This document shows, in pieces, positions 1 to 18,215 of a DNA stretch of 64,000 bases (its first letter is position 1; each line of letters opens with the position of its first letter). The position numbers were made by a program, and so were the translations under genes. Where the stretch lies: the NCBI GenBank assembly GCA_965203515.1, contig OZ241907.1:2368001-2432000 (forward strand), given 5' to 3'. The stretch comes from Spirochaetia bacterium (GTDB lineage Bacteria > Spirochaetota > Spirochaetia > SZUA-6 > Bin103). The notes beneath the pieces are model-generated. The model did not search any database. It was not told where the DNA came from and worked only from the letters and a program-made list of their open reading frames with translations.

Positions 1-565
1 TCCAGATCAGCTCCTTCTTCTGGTCGATCTCGAACTCCAGCCAGGAGCCGCGGTAGGGGATGATCCGGGAGGCGTACATCCCCTTCTCATGCGAGAAGAT
101 CGCGCCCGGCGAGCGGTGGATCTGGCTCACCACCACCCGCTCGGCGCCGTTGATGATGAAGGTCCCCCGCCCGGTCATGAGCGGGATGTCCCCCATGTAG
201 ATCTCCTTCTGGCGGATCTCGCCGGTCTGCAGGAAGATCAGGTTGATCTTGGCCTTGATCGGGATCGCGTAGGTCAGCTCCTTGGCCTTGCAGGTGCTCT
301 GCGAAAACTTGATGTTCTCCTCGTCGAGCGAGTAGCCGGCGTACTCCAGGACCATGTCTCCGTTCGGGCTCTCCACCGGAAACACGTCCCGGAATACCTC
401 CTCCAGGCCCTGCCGCTCCGGCGCCTGGCCGGCGCGCAGCCGCGCGCGCTGCAGCAGGCGCTCGTAGGACGAGAGCTGGATATCGACCAGATTGGGTATG
501 GCCATCACGTCGTCGTTGCCGCGGCCCATGAACTGGCGCGGCACCTTGCTGAGGCTACCGGGCAT
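1..565 (-). CDS. rpoB: DNA-directed RNA polymerase subunit beta, 5' part (runs off window)
   Basis: Manual translation MPGSLSKVPRQFMG...PNLVDIQLSSYERLLQ...GDIPLMTGRGTFIINGAERVVVSQIHRSPG; SD AGGAG upstream; follows rplL. Confidence 0.97.
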   Translation of the reverse strand, partial: MPGSLSKVPRQFMGRGNDDVMAIPNLVDIQLSSYERLLQRARLRAGQAPERQGLEEVFRDVFPVESPNGDMVLEYAGYSLDEENIKFSQSTCKAKELTYAIPIKAKINLIFLQTGEIRQKEIYMGDIPLMTGRGTFIINGAERVVVSQIHRSPGAIFSHEKGMYASRIIPYRGSWLEFEIDQKKELIW

Positions 566-636
566 GCATACTTCTCCTGTCAGCGGGGATGAGACGCGCG
601 TCGGTTCCGTTGTCGATCAGCGGTTGCGAACGAGGG

Positions 637-1023
<387 letters not shown>

Positions 1024-1063
1024 CGTCTGCTCCTAAAGCTTTCGTTTCTTGTCGTTCGGTGTG

Positions 1064-1639
1064 TCAACCGTCCGCTTCATTCGCGGCGCCGCCTCGATCG
1101 GCGATCGCCTGGACCGTTCCGATCAGCTTGCGGACCACCTCCTGCACTACCCCCGCCACCGAGCGCACCGGTCCGTTCATGGCGCTCAACAGCATGGCGT
1201 ACAGCTGCTCACGGGACGGCAAGGCGGCGAGCTGCTCGACCTGCGCCGGGTCGAGCAGCTGACCGTCGACGATCGCCCCCTTGATCACCAGCGGCGCATC
1301 GCGCCGCGCGTCGACGAGCACCTTGCAGGCGGCGCCCGGCTCCCTGCCCAGCGTGGCGACGACCGTCGGGCCGGTCAGGTGCGCGTCGGAGGCCGGCAGC
1401 TCCATCGAATCGAGAGCGATCCGCAGGAACCGGTTCTTCACCACGCGCAACGTGGAGTCCCGCTCACCCAGGGCCCGCCGCAGCGCGGTCATCGCGCCGA
1501 CGTCCAGGCCGGTGTAGTCGGCGTACACGGCATTCGGGGTCCGCTCCAGCAGCTCGCGCAGGCTGGCCACCGCTTCGATCTTGTACCGTTGCGGCTCGCG
1601 CGCGGCGACCGCGTCCGGGGCGCTGGCGGCGTCGCTCAT
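1064..1639 (-). CDS. rplJ: 50S ribosomal protein L10
   Basis: ADYTGLDV, VVKNRFLRIAL, LTGPT, LAALPSREQL; position between rplA and rplL. Confidence 0.96.
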   Translation of the reverse strand: MSDAASAPDAVAAREPQRYKIEAVASLRELLERTPNAVYADYTGLDVGAMTALRRALGERDSTLRVVKNRFLRIALDSMELPASDAHLTGPTVVATLGREPGAACKVLVDARRDAPLVIKGAIVDGQLLDPAQVEQLAALPSREQLYAMLLSAMNGPVRSVAGVVQEVVRKLIGTVQAIADRGGAANEADG

Positions 1640-2307
1640 ACCGCCACCTTTACGCCCGGGCTCATCGTCGTACAGACCGCGACGCTCCGCAGAAAGTCGC
1701 CCTTGGCGTCGGTCGGCCGCTTGCGCTCCACCTCCGAGACGACCGAGCGAGCGTTTTCGGCCAGCGCTTCGGTATCCATGCCGAGCTTGCCGATCGGCAG
1801 GTGCACGACGCCGGTACGATCGGCCCGGAACTCCACGCGACCCCGTTTCAGCTCGGCGATGGTGCCGGCCACGTCCTGGGTGACCGTGCGCGTCTTCGGA
1901 TTCGGCATCAGACCGCGCCGGCCCAGGATCGGGCCGAGCCGGCCGACGTTGCGCATCATGTCGGGCGTCGCCACGGTCACGTCGAACTCCAGCCAGCCGT
2001 CGCGTATCTTGTCGATCAGGTCCTGGCCGCCCACGTAGGCGGCGCCGGCCTCTTCCGCCTCCTTCGCCTTGTCGCCTTCGGCGAACACCAGGATGCGCTG
2101 CTCCTGCTCGAAGTTGTGCGGCAGAACCATCGTGTCGCGGACCGTCTGGTTGCCCTTGAGGGTAACGCGCACGGCCAGTTCCACAGTCTCCTCGAAGTTC
2201 GCCGGCGGCAGGCTCTTCAGCAGCCGCAAGCCCTCCTCGACCGGATAGGTGCGCCGCCGGTCGATCGCTTCACAGGCGGCTCGGTAGCGCTTGCCGTTCC
2301 GTGCCAT
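1636..2307 (-). CDS. rplA: 50S ribosomal protein L1
   Basis: MARNGKRY...NFEETVEL...LGPILGRRGLMPNPKTRTVT...TTMSPGVKV; start set at ATG 2307 with SD AGGAG. Confidence 0.97.
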   Translation of the reverse strand: MARNGKRYRAACEAIDRRRTYPVEEGLRLLKSLPPANFEETVELAVRVTLKGNQTVRDTMVLPHNFEQEQRILVFAEGDKAKEAEEAGAAYVGGQDLIDKIRDGWLEFDVTVATPDMMRNVGRLGPILGRRGLMPNPKTRTVTQDVAGTIAELKRGRVEFRADRTGVVHLPIGKLGMDTEALAENARSVVSEVERKRPTDAKGDFLRSVAVCTTMSPGVKVAV

Positions 2308-2338
2308 TCGCTCGTCTCCTTTCCGTACCGGGCCTTGT

Positions 2339-2770
2339 TCAGGTGTCGACCGTGACGCCCATGCTGCGGGCGGTCCCGGCGATGATCGACACGGCGGCAT
2401 CGTCGTCCACGGCGTTCAGGTCGGGGCGCTTGGTCCGGGCGATCTCCAGGAGCTGAGCGCGCGAGATCGACGCGACCTTTTCCTTGTTGGGCTCCGGCGA
2501 GCCTTTTTCCAGGCCGCACGCCTTGCGGATCAGCACCGCCGCCGGCGGCGTCCTGGTCACGAAGGTAAAGGTCTTGTCGGCGTATATCGTAATCTCCACC
2601 GGGGTCGTCAAGCCCGGCTCCAGCCCCTTCGTGCGCTCGTTGAACTGTTGTACGAACATCGGCGCGCTCACGCCGTGCGGGCCGAGCGCCGGCCCCACGG
2701 GCGGCGCGGGCGTCGCCTGCCCCGCCGGCACCTGGACCTTGACCACCGTGAGTATCCGCTTCTTGGCCAT
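2339..2770 (-). CDS. rplK: 50S ribosomal protein L11
   Basis: [16 protein letters not shown]...[10 protein letters not shown]. Confidence 0.98.
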   Translation of the reverse strand: MAKKRILTVVKVQVPAGQATPAPPVGPALGPHGVSAPMFVQQFNERTKGLEPGLTTPVEITIYADKTFTFVTRTPPAAVLIRKACGLEKGSPEPNKEKVASISRAQLLEIARTKRPDLNAVDDDAAVSIIAGTARSMGVTVDT

Positions 2771-2793
2771 GCTGACGCTCCTTCAGGCCCCTG

Positions 2794-3351
2794 TCAGACC
2801 TTCTCTACCTGTATGAAGTCGAGCTCCACGGGCGTGGAGCGCCCGAAGATGCCGACCATCACGCGCAGCTTCGCCTTTTCTTCGTTGATCTCCTCCACCG
2901 CGCCGGTGAAGGAATCGAACGGGCCGTCGATGATGCGCACGCTTTCGCCGATCACGAACGACTGCTTGGGCCGCAGGGGGCGATCGCCGCTCTTGATCTC
3001 TCCCGCCTTCTGCAACAGGTCGCGCGCCTCATCGGAGGAGATCGGCTGCGGCTTGCGGTTCTTGGTGGCGCCGACGAAGCCGGTGACGCCGTCGATCTGG
3101 CGGACCGCCGCGCACACCTCCATCCACGCGTCGCCTTCCAGGTCCATCTCCACCAGGATGTAGCCGGGCAGGAACTTCCGGGACGTCACCTTCTTCTTGC
3201 CGTCCTTGACCTCCACCACATCCTCCGCCGGGACCTTGGCGTCGAACAGATGGTGCTGCAGGCGCGGGGACTCGATCAACCGCGCCAGGTGCTTGTGCAC
3301 CTTGTTCTCGAACCCGGAGTAGGTGTGGACCACGTACCAACCCTTAGCCAT
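2794..3351 (-). CDS. nusG: Transcription termination/antitermination factor NusG
   Basis: WYVVHTYSGFENKV, KFLPGYILVEM, KOW motif IIDGPFDSFTG, IFGRSTPVELDF. Confidence 0.98.
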   Translation of the reverse strand: MAKGWYVVHTYSGFENKVHKHLARLIESPRLQHHLFDAKVPAEDVVEVKDGKKKVTSRKFLPGYILVEMDLEGDAWMEVCAAVRQIDGVTGFVGATKNRKPQPISSDEARDLLQKAGEIKSGDRPLRPKQSFVIGESVRIIDGPFDSFTGAVEEINEEKAKLRVMVGIFGRSTPVELDFIQVEKV

Positions 3352-3409
3352 TCGTGCAAACCGTCCTCAACCGTTCCTTTCCAGCCGTTGCGATTCCGCG
3401 TTCCGCCGC

Positions 3410-3589
3410 TCAGAAGACCAGATCGATCGCCTGAAACAGCAGGAAGTCGATCAACCCCAGCGCGAGCGCGATCAGGCAGACCGACACCAGCACCACTTTC
3501 GTCGAGCTCGCCACCTCATCGCGACTCGGCCACGCCACCTTGCGCAGCTCCGCGTAGCTCTCGCGGAAGAACTGAATGATCCGACCCAC
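3410..3589 (-). CDS. secE: Preprotein translocase subunit SecE (59 aa, not in ORF track)
   Basis: Manual translation MGRIIQFFRESYAELRKVAWPSRDEVASSTKVVLVSVCLIALALGLIDFLLFQAIDLVF; ELRKVxWP motif plus one TM; between tRNA-Trp and nusG. Confidence 0.95.
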   Translation of the reverse strand: MGRIIQFFRESYAELRKVAWPSRDEVASSTKVVLVSVCLIALALGLIDFLLFQAIDLVF

Positions 3590-3613
3590 GCTACCGCTTC
3601 CTCAACTCGCTTC

Positions 3614-3688
3614 CAGGCCAGGCAGGATTCGAACCTGCAACATCCGGTTTTGGAGACCGGCGCTCTAACCAGTTGGAGCTACTGGCCT
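3614..3688 (-). tRNA. tRNA-Trp (CCA)
   Basis: AGGCCAG/CTGGCCT acceptor stem, anticodon loop CT-CCA-AA, T-loop TTCGAAT; CCA end not encoded. Confidence 0.96.
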
Positions 3689-3752
3689 TCCCGATGCCTT
3701 CGTCCCGCGCCCGTTCGCCCTCGATCCCGAACCGTCTCAAGAACGCCGCCGG

Positions 3753-3932
3753 CTACTTGACCCGGGTCTCCCGATGGACCGTGTGGGTGCGGCAGCGGGG
3801 GCAGTACTTCCTGAGCTGCAGCTTGCCCTGCGTATTGCGACGATTCTTGGTCGTCGTGTAGTTGCGAAGCTCCAGTCCGTCGTGCTCCGTGCACGCCAGA
3901 GCCACCAACTCCACCACCTTGGTCTTGGCCAT
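3753..3932 (-). CDS. rpmG: 50S ribosomal protein L33 (59 aa, not in ORF track)
   Basis: Manual translation [59 protein letters not shown]. Confidence 0.96.
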   Translation of the reverse strand: MAKTKVVELVALACTEHDGLELRNYTTTKNRRNTQGKLQLRKYCPRCRTHTVHRETRVK

Positions 3933-3963
3933 CGAGAGTACTCCGTTGCCGAAGGGTCACATA

Positions 3964-3992
3964 GGAATACGGGAACGCGGGACGCGTGTCAA
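3964..3992 (-). promoter_or_regulatory. Sigma70-type promoter candidate for the rpmG-secE-nusG operon
   Basis: TTGACA-17 nt-TATTCC on minus strand. Confidence 0.6.
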
Positions 3993-4060
3993 GCGGGCGC
4001 ACCGCGCCCTTGACGCACGTCACCCTGACACCGGCGCCCTGAGCGGACGGGCCCTCGACG

Positions 4061-4133
4061 AGCCTCCGACCGGATTTGAACCGGTGACCCCCTCCTTACC
4101 ATGGAGGTGCTCTACCTGCTGAGCTACAGAGGC
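4061..4133 (-). tRNA. tRNA-Thr (GGT)
   Basis: GCCTCTG/CGGAGGC acceptor stem, anticodon loop CA-T-GGT-AA region, T-loop TTCAAAT. Confidence 0.95.
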
Positions 4134-4247
4134 AGCTCCTCGCGCATGGCTGCAGTTGTACTACCAAACGCCGGGCGCTGCAACCCCCGGCGGGCGGGGC
4201 TGCGCGGCGCCGGCGAGCGGAGACGCCGCAGGCCGCGGGAGCGGCCG

Positions 4248-4817
4248 TCACGGCCGGAACAGCAGCAGCGCGGACTGCCCGTACCGGCGGTGGCCGATCA
4301 GCGTGAGCGGCACGGCCGCGGTGTCGAGCGGGTCACCCGCCGGGCAATGCAGGACGAGACAGCCGGCCGCTTCCACGATGTCGGCCTGCGCCAGCGCGAT
4401 GAGCAGGCCCTGCTTGTGCGGGTACCGGTAGGGGGGATCGAGGCAGACCACGGCAAACCGTTGCCCGCGCCGGCCGGCGGCCGCGATGAACCGTTCGGCC
4501 GGCGCCGTGACCACCGTCGCCTCCCCGCCGGCGGCGGCGATGTTCGCGCGGATCGTGCGCCGCTTGCGCGCGTCGCGCTCCACCGCGACGATCGGCCACG
4601 CCCCGCGGGAGGCCGCCTCGGCCGCGATGAGACCCGATCCCGCGAACAGATCCAGGAACGAGCGGCCGCGCACGCCGCCGTCGATCGAGCCCGGCGCGCC
4701 GCCGAGCTGGTTTCCGAGGATCACGAACAGCGCCTCGCGCATGCGGGCGGTCATCGGCCGGACACCCGGCGGCACGGCGAGCGCGCGGCCGCGCGCCGCG
4801 CCGCCGGTCACCCGCAT
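4248..4817 (-). CDS. rsmD: 16S rRNA m2G966 methyltransferase, RsmD family
   Basis: MRVTGG.ARGR, LDLFAGSG, EAASRGA, LDPPY. Confidence 0.92.
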   Translation of the reverse strand: MRVTGGAARGRALAVPPGVRPMTARMREALFVILGNQLGGAPGSIDGGVRGRSFLDLFAGSGLIAAEAASRGAWPIVAVERDARKRRTIRANIAAAGGEATVVTAPAERFIAAAGRRGQRFAVVCLDPPYRYPHKQGLLIALAQADIVEAAGCLVLHCPAGDPLDTAAVPLTLIGHRRYGQSALLLFRP

Positions 4818-6868
4818 GCGGGTTGCCCGGCCGGCGCCGCGGCGCCGGCGTGATGGTGGCGCCGCGCGTCCTCCTGCGCCTGGCGCATCAGATCGAGGTC
4901 CGAGGCCAGCCGCGCGGCCCGTAGCGGCGGCATTCCCGCCTGGCGCGTGCCGGACAGCTCGCCCGGTCCGCGCAGCGTCAGATCGAGGTCGGCCAGCGCG
5001 AAGCCGTCGGCGTGCCGCTTGAGCGCCCGCAATCGTTCCACCGCCTGCGGGGTGAGATCGCTGCCGTAGACGAAGAATGCGTGCGCGGGATCGGTACCGC
5101 GGCCGACGCGGCCGCGCAACTGATGCAGCGCCGCCAAGCCGAAGCGCTCGGCATGTTCGACCACCATGCAGGTGGCGTTCGGCACGTCGAGTCCCACCTC
5201 GACCACGGTGGTCGCCACCAGCGCATGGACGGCGCCCGCGTGAAACCCGCTCAGCACCGCGCGCTGCTCGGCGGCGGCCATGGCGCCGTGCGCAAGGCCG
5301 ACCCGGTACCCGGCGAACCGTTCCCGCAGCCGCGCGTACAGCGCCCGCGCCGACCCGGGAGCATCGCCGGCGGCGGCGGTGGGCGCCGGCGGGCGTATGT
5401 CGGCGGCGGCGAACAGAGCGCCGGTATCGGCCGGCGCCGTCCCATCCGGCACCGTGCCCTCGCCGCCGATCGACGGACAGACGAAATAGGCTTGGCGGCC
5501 GGCGGCCAGCTCCGCCTCGACGTACCGGTAGACCCGCTCCCGGCGATCCTGATGCACCACCCAGGTGCGCAGCGGCGGCCGACCGGGGGGCTGCTCGTCG
5601 ATGGAGGTGAGCGTCAGGTCACCGTAGAAGGTGAGCGCCAGCGTGCGCGGGATCGGCGTGGCGGTCATCAGGATCAGGTCTCCGGCGGGCGCCTTGGCGG
5701 CGACGGCCGCGCGCTGGGCGACGCCGAATTTATGCTGCTCATCGATCACCACCAGTCCCAGGTCGGCGAAGCGGACCGGTTTCGAGAGGACCGCGTGGGT
5801 GCTCACCAGCACGTCGAGGTCGCCGTCGGCGAGGGCCGCGAGCAGCGGGGCTCGGGCCGCCCGTTCAGTGCTGCCGGACAGCAGCCCGGTCCGCACGCCG
5901 AGCGGCTCCAGCAGCCGCGCGACGGTTTCCGCATGCTGGAAGCAGAGCGCTTCCGACGGGACCACGATCGCCGCCTGTTGCCCGGCATCGACCACGCCGG
6001 CGGCCGCCAGCAGCGCCACCAGGGTCTTGCCGCAGCCCACGTCGCCCTGCAGCAGCCGCGCCGAGGTGCGCGGTCCGTCGAGGTCCGCGTCGATCTCCGC
6101 CAAGGCCGCGCGCTGGGAATCGGTCAGCGTGAACGGCAACCGCGCGAGCACCGCCGCCCGCAGCGCGCCGCGCGGCCGGCGCGCCGGCCGCGGCCGGCCG
6201 GCCGGCGAGCGGCGCGCCAACTCGAGCTGCAGCAGGAACAACTCCTCGTACGCCAGAGCGCGGCGCGCCGCCTCCGCCGCCTCCGGGGTCGCCGGCCGGT
6301 GCACGCACGCCAGCGCCTGCGCCTTGTCCGGCAGGCGGCGGGCGGCAGCCGCCTCTGCCGGAACGCGAAACGGGGTCGGCCGCGCACCGGCCGCCAGGGC
6401 GGCGTCGACCATGCGCCGCAGCGCCGATTGCGTGAGCCCGGCAGTGGCCGGATAGACCGGCACGAGCGCCTCGGCGGCCGCCTCCTCCGGGCTCATGATC
6501 TCGAAGCTGCCGGCCGACAGCCGGCCGCGGCGGCGATCGAACCGGCCGTACACCAGCACCCGCTGGCCGGGCAGCAGCGTCCGGCCGAGCTGCGGGCGGC
6601 CGAACGCGTACAGCGTGGCGGCATCGCCGGCGTCGTCGGCCAGCGTGATCGTCGGCGTGGAGCGGCCGCGATAGCGGAACGATCCGACGCGCACCACGGT
6701 GGCGCTCACGCAGGCGTCGCTGCCGGAGTCGACCTGCGCCAGCGGCAGCGGCCGCCGGCGGTCCTGGTACCCGCGCGGCAGATGGGTCAGCAGGTCGCCG
6801 ACGGTGCGCACGCCGAGCCGGGCCAGACGTTCCCGCGTAGCGGCGCCGACGCCGCGGAGCGCCGCCAC
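4808..6868 (-). CDS. recG: ATP-dependent DNA helicase RecG (start uncertain: GTG 6868 or CTG 6949)
   Basis: RLLQGDVGCGKT, VIDEQHKFGV, MTATPIPRTL, HAERFGLAALHQLRGRVGRG, DLTLRGPGE. Confidence 0.95.
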   Translation of the reverse strand: MAALRGVGAATRERLARLGVRTVGDLLTHLPRGYQDRRRPLPLAQVDSGSDACVSATVVRVGSFRYRGRSTPTITLADDAGDAATLYAFGRPQLGRTLLPGQRVLVYGRFDRRRGRLSAGSFEIMSPEEAAAEALVPVYPATAGLTQSALRRMVDAALAAGARPTPFRVPAEAAAARRLPDKAQALACVHRPATPEAAEAARRALAYEELFLLQLELARRSPAGRPRPARRPRGALRAAVLARLPFTLTDSQRAALAEIDADLDGPRTSARLLQGDVGCGKTLVALLAAAGVVDAGQQAAIVVPSEALCFQHAETVARLLEPLGVRTGLLSGSTERAARAPLLAALADGDLDVLVSTHAVLSKPVRFADLGLVVIDEQHKFGVAQRAAVAAKAPAGDLILMTATPIPRTLALTFYGDLTLTSIDEQPPGRPPLRTWVVHQDRRERVYRYVEAELAAGRQAYFVCPSIGGEGTVPDGTAPADTGALFAAADIRPPAPTAAAGDAPGSARALYARLRERFAGYRVGLAHGAMAAAEQRAVLSGFHAGAVHALVATTVVEVGLDVPNATCMVVEHAERFGLAALHQLRGRVGRGTDPAHAFFVYGSDLTPQAVERLRALKRHADGFALADLDLTLRGPGELSGTRQAGMPPLRAARLASDLDLMRQAQEDARRHHHAGAAAPAGQPACG

Positions 6869-6945
6869 GTCGTCGTCCCAGGCAAGCGCCGCGACGGGGC
6901 GTTCGGGGCGGCCGGGGCCGGCGCTTCGGGCGTGCGCCGGCCCGC

Positions 6946-7550
6946 TCAGAACGGCGAGCTCTGGAACTGCACGACGACCCAGCCCACCACCACGCGGCCG
7001 ACGATCAACGACAGCAGCAGCAGCACGGCGATCAGGCTGAGGTAGGCCACCTTCTGCACCGTCTGACTCCGCTCCATGACCCACCGGCCCAGCGACACCC
7101 GGCGGGACACGAAGGTGACCATCGGCTGCAGGGTCTGGTCGAGCATGTTCAACAGTCCGCCGCCCTGCTCCCAGCGCATCGCGGCGATGAACGCGCGCGC
7201 CACCGACATGATCATGAACACGACCACCAGCACCGACGCCGCTGACCAGACGACCAGCAGTACCTGCGCCAGGACGATGCCGACCGTGACGCGCTGCGAG
7301 GCCGCCAGCCGCTGCAGCAGGTTGCCGGCGACGATCAGGGTCAGGACCGCCGCCGCCGGTGAGAAGTCCAGCACGCCGATCCGCAGGAACCGGAGACGCC
7401 GGAACCAGTGCAGATAGGGGTCGGTCACGCGGGCCAGGATCTCGGTGGGAGCTCCGTGCTCGGCGCCGCGGAACCACGTGACGATGATCCGCAGTGCGAC
7501 CAGCACCAGGTAGACCAGCACCAACGCCTGCAGAAATCGGAACAGATCGG

Positions 7551-7563
<13 letters not shown>
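6946..7563 (-). CDS. YggT family membrane protein (two-unit type)
   Basis: RIIVTWF...ARVTDPYLHWFRR...GVLDFSP; several TM segments. Confidence 0.85.
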
Positions 7564-15383
<7,820 letters not shown>

Positions 15384-15387
<4 letters not shown>

Positions 15388-16757
15388 TTCCCGGTCTGGG
15401 TCAGGGCGAGTTCGATCGCCTCCGGCAGGCGCCGCACCACCCGGGCGGAGATCAGGAACTCCTGGGCGCCCTGCACCTCGGCGGCGTAGAAGTCCTGATC
15501 GTACGGGATCAGACCGACGTCGATGCGCTCCGGCGGCCCGGATTCCAACACGTACCCGATGCGGATCGTGGGGTCCCCGTCGACGGGGTCGCCGGGTAGC
15601 TCCAGGTCGGCGAGCAACCCGATCATCGCCTGATACAGATCCTTGGCGGGATCCTCGGCCAGGGCGGCGCCGTTCAGCGTGAAGGTCTCCTCCTCCCCTT
15701 CCCCTTCCCGGATCACGTCGAACGTATGGACCTGGTCGCCGACCTGCACGGTCGCCCGATCGATCGCGGTGATGTTGACCAGCGCCAGGAAGCGGCTGAC
15801 CAGATCGAACGGGGCCACCTCCATGAACCGCTGCACGTCGCGCGCGTCGATGCCGTAGATGATCGGCTCCTGCGCCTGCTTCACGTACAGCCGGTCGCGG
15901 CCGTACGCGCTGCCGAACTGCAGGTGCAGGGCCCCCCGGCCGTGATTGACGATGAGCTGCATGCGCGGCGGGGTCAGCCCGTACGCGGCCGGATCGTCGG
16001 CCCGGTCGGCGATGAACTCGTCGACGCGGATCGCCGCGGCGGCGTTGATCAACTCTTCCATCTTCTCCGCGTCCGCGCCGCGCTGCATCGCATACGGGCG
16101 CACCATGACGTCGCGCGACAGCACGTGCGGCATGCCGTGCGGCTCGAAGTAGCGCACGATCTCCATCGCGCCGTGATCGTTCTCCACCACCAGCCGGTTC
16201 ACCGTCGCCGTGTCGATGCGGGGCAGACGCCGCACGCGCAGGTCGTCGATCGTCCACGCCATCTGGTTCTTGTTGTTCTGCCACACCGTGAAGACGCGCG
16301 AATCGCCGTCGATCATGATGTAGTCGGTGTTGCGGCTCGGCGTGCGGTCGCCAAACGTCACGGTGCGCTCCGTGCCGTCGGCCAGCTTCACGCTGCCCAC
16401 GACGTCGCCGCGGTCGAGTCCGTAGATCGACAGGTCGTCCGGGTCCTCGGCCACCACGTCGCGGGCCCAGAGCCGGGCGAACATCGACACGATCGTGAGG
16501 AGCCGGTTCGGGTCGAGATCCGCGTCCTCCTGTCCCGGCACTACCCAGGCGTCGCCCTGCCGGCGTAGCGACAGCGCGGTGTCGGGCGTGCGCAGGTCGA
16601 TCTCCACGAGGTCCTCGTCCGGGACGTTGAGCACCTCCACGTTCTCGTCCGGCAGCGGCGGCGGCGGTGGCTCCGGCCGGTTGCTCAGGAACAGGTAGGC
16701 GGCCGCCAGCGCCGCGATCGCGACGCCGAAGACGGCCAGCAGGACCCCGCGCTTCAA
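15384..16757 (-). CDS. DUF4340-type membrane-anchored protein
   Basis: N-terminal TM, repeated 'DL..YGL' units (DDLSIYGLD, DPAAYGLTPP); follows a GldG-like gene. Confidence 0.75.
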
Positions 16758-16767
16758 CGCCCCGCCT

Positions 16768-18204
16768 CTACAGGTGCCGGCGCCGCAGCCAGACCACCAG
16801 GCCGGCGCCGAGCACGATCAACGGCACCAGCGCCACCACGACCCCGGTCATGATCCACGTGCTGAGGTTGTTGAGACGCAGCGGCAGCATCAGCGTCACC
16901 TTGGGGCGCACCGAAATCGTCTCTTCCCGTTCGTAGACCCAGTTGATGCTGTTCACCATCAGGTCGATGTTGCCCGGAAACGCCTGCGCGAAGTCGGAGC
17001 GCAACAGGAACGCGGTGGAGAGCACGACGATGCGGGTGTCGTCGCCTTCTACCGTCGGAGCGGGGTCCGTGATGGCGACCGCCAGCGTGAAGGGGCCGCG
17101 CGGGTCGCCTTCCTGCGGCAGCAACTCGCCGCCCTCGGCGCCGATCAGCTCGGAGCGCGCGAACGCCTCCCCGGAGCTTGCGAGCAGCCGATCGATATCG
17201 AGCGAGCGGCGGCGCACCTCCAACTCCTCGATCCACGCCGGGCCCGGCAGCACCACCAGCCGCCGGTCGAGCGAGATCGGCGAGGTGATCGGATGGCTCA
17301 CCACCTCCGGGACCAGCAGGCTGGGCTGGTTCGGCAGATGGCGGCGGGAGTCCCGTTCGATCACCCAGTCCTGACGGAACTGCACGCCGTAGCTGCGCAG
17401 CAAGCCGTTGAGGTTGACCAGATCGACGTCGGTGACCTTGCTGAGCGCGAAGATCGCCTTGCCGCCGCCTTCCAGATAGGCGCGCAGCCGGTCGACCTCA
17501 TCCTCGGTGTAGTCGGTGGTGGGCGCGGCGACCACCACGATCGTCGCATCTTCGGGGACCGCATCGACCAGCAGCAGGTTGAGGTCCTCGAGCGCGAAGT
17601 TCTCGATCTCCAGGATGCGGCGCAACCCCAGGCCGGTGACGTTCTGCTCGCGGTGGCCGGTGATCGAGTAGATCTTCGGGTCCTGGTCGGAGAGGACGTA
17701 CAGCAGCGCGGAGGTGACCTGCTGCTCCACGTTGAGCCCGATCTGGCGGTTGTTCTGCGTGAGCCGCAGCGAGAAGACGCTGATCACGCGGTGCTTGTCC
17801 GCGCTCGCCACCACCAGGTCGCCGGTGCGCAGACCGCCCTCGTCATCGAAGCGGTCCGCCTGCGTGGGGCTGCGCTCCGCGTCCAGGGTCTTGATCGTGA
17901 TGTTCCGGGAGCGGTCGGCGTAGAGATGCAGGATGTCGTCGATCTCGGGATTCTCGTCGCCCAGCGGGTAGACGCCGTAGATCGTCACCGGCTCCTCGAT
18001 CCGGTCCGCCACCTGCATCGACTGCTCGGAGAGCGTGTAGATGCCGCTCTCGGTCAGGTCGAACTCGACGTCGAGCTGGTCGATCACCAGATTGACCAGC
18101 ACCAGGCCGGCCACCGCGATCAACGAGACCAGGGTGGCGTAGCCGCCGTAGCGGACCTTCTTCTGCTCCTTGAAGTCGAACGACAACAGATCCTTGAATG
18201 CCAT
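16768..18204 (-). CDS. GldG-family ABC auxiliary protein
   Basis: DLTESGIYTLSEQS, ITGHREQ, VVAAPTTDY, YLEGGGK, N.DLMVNSINWV; TM at both ends; ATG 18204. Confidence 0.85.
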   Translation of the reverse strand: MAFKDLLSFDFKEQKKVRYGGYATLVSLIAVAGLVLVNLVIDQLDVEFDLTESGIYTLSEQSMQVADRIEEPVTIYGVYPLGDENPEIDDILHLYADRSRNITIKTLDAERSPTQADRFDDEGGLRTGDLVVASADKHRVISVFSLRLTQNNRQIGLNVEQQVTSALLYVLSDQDPKIYSITGHREQNVTGLGLRRILEIENFALEDLNLLLVDAVPEDATIVVVAAPTTDYTEDEVDRLRAYLEGGGKAIFALSKVTDVDLVNLNGLLRSYGVQFRQDWVIERDSRRHLPNQPSLLVPEVVSHPITSPISLDRRLVVLPGPAWIEELEVRRRSLDIDRLLASSGEAFARSELIGAEGGELLPQEGDPRGPFTLAVAITDPAPTVEGDDTRIVVLSTAFLLRSDFAQAFPGNIDLMVNSINWVYEREETISVRPKVTLMLPLRLNNLSTWIMTGVVVALVPLIVLGAGLVVWLRRRHL

Positions 18205-18215
18205 CTTTCCGCTCC

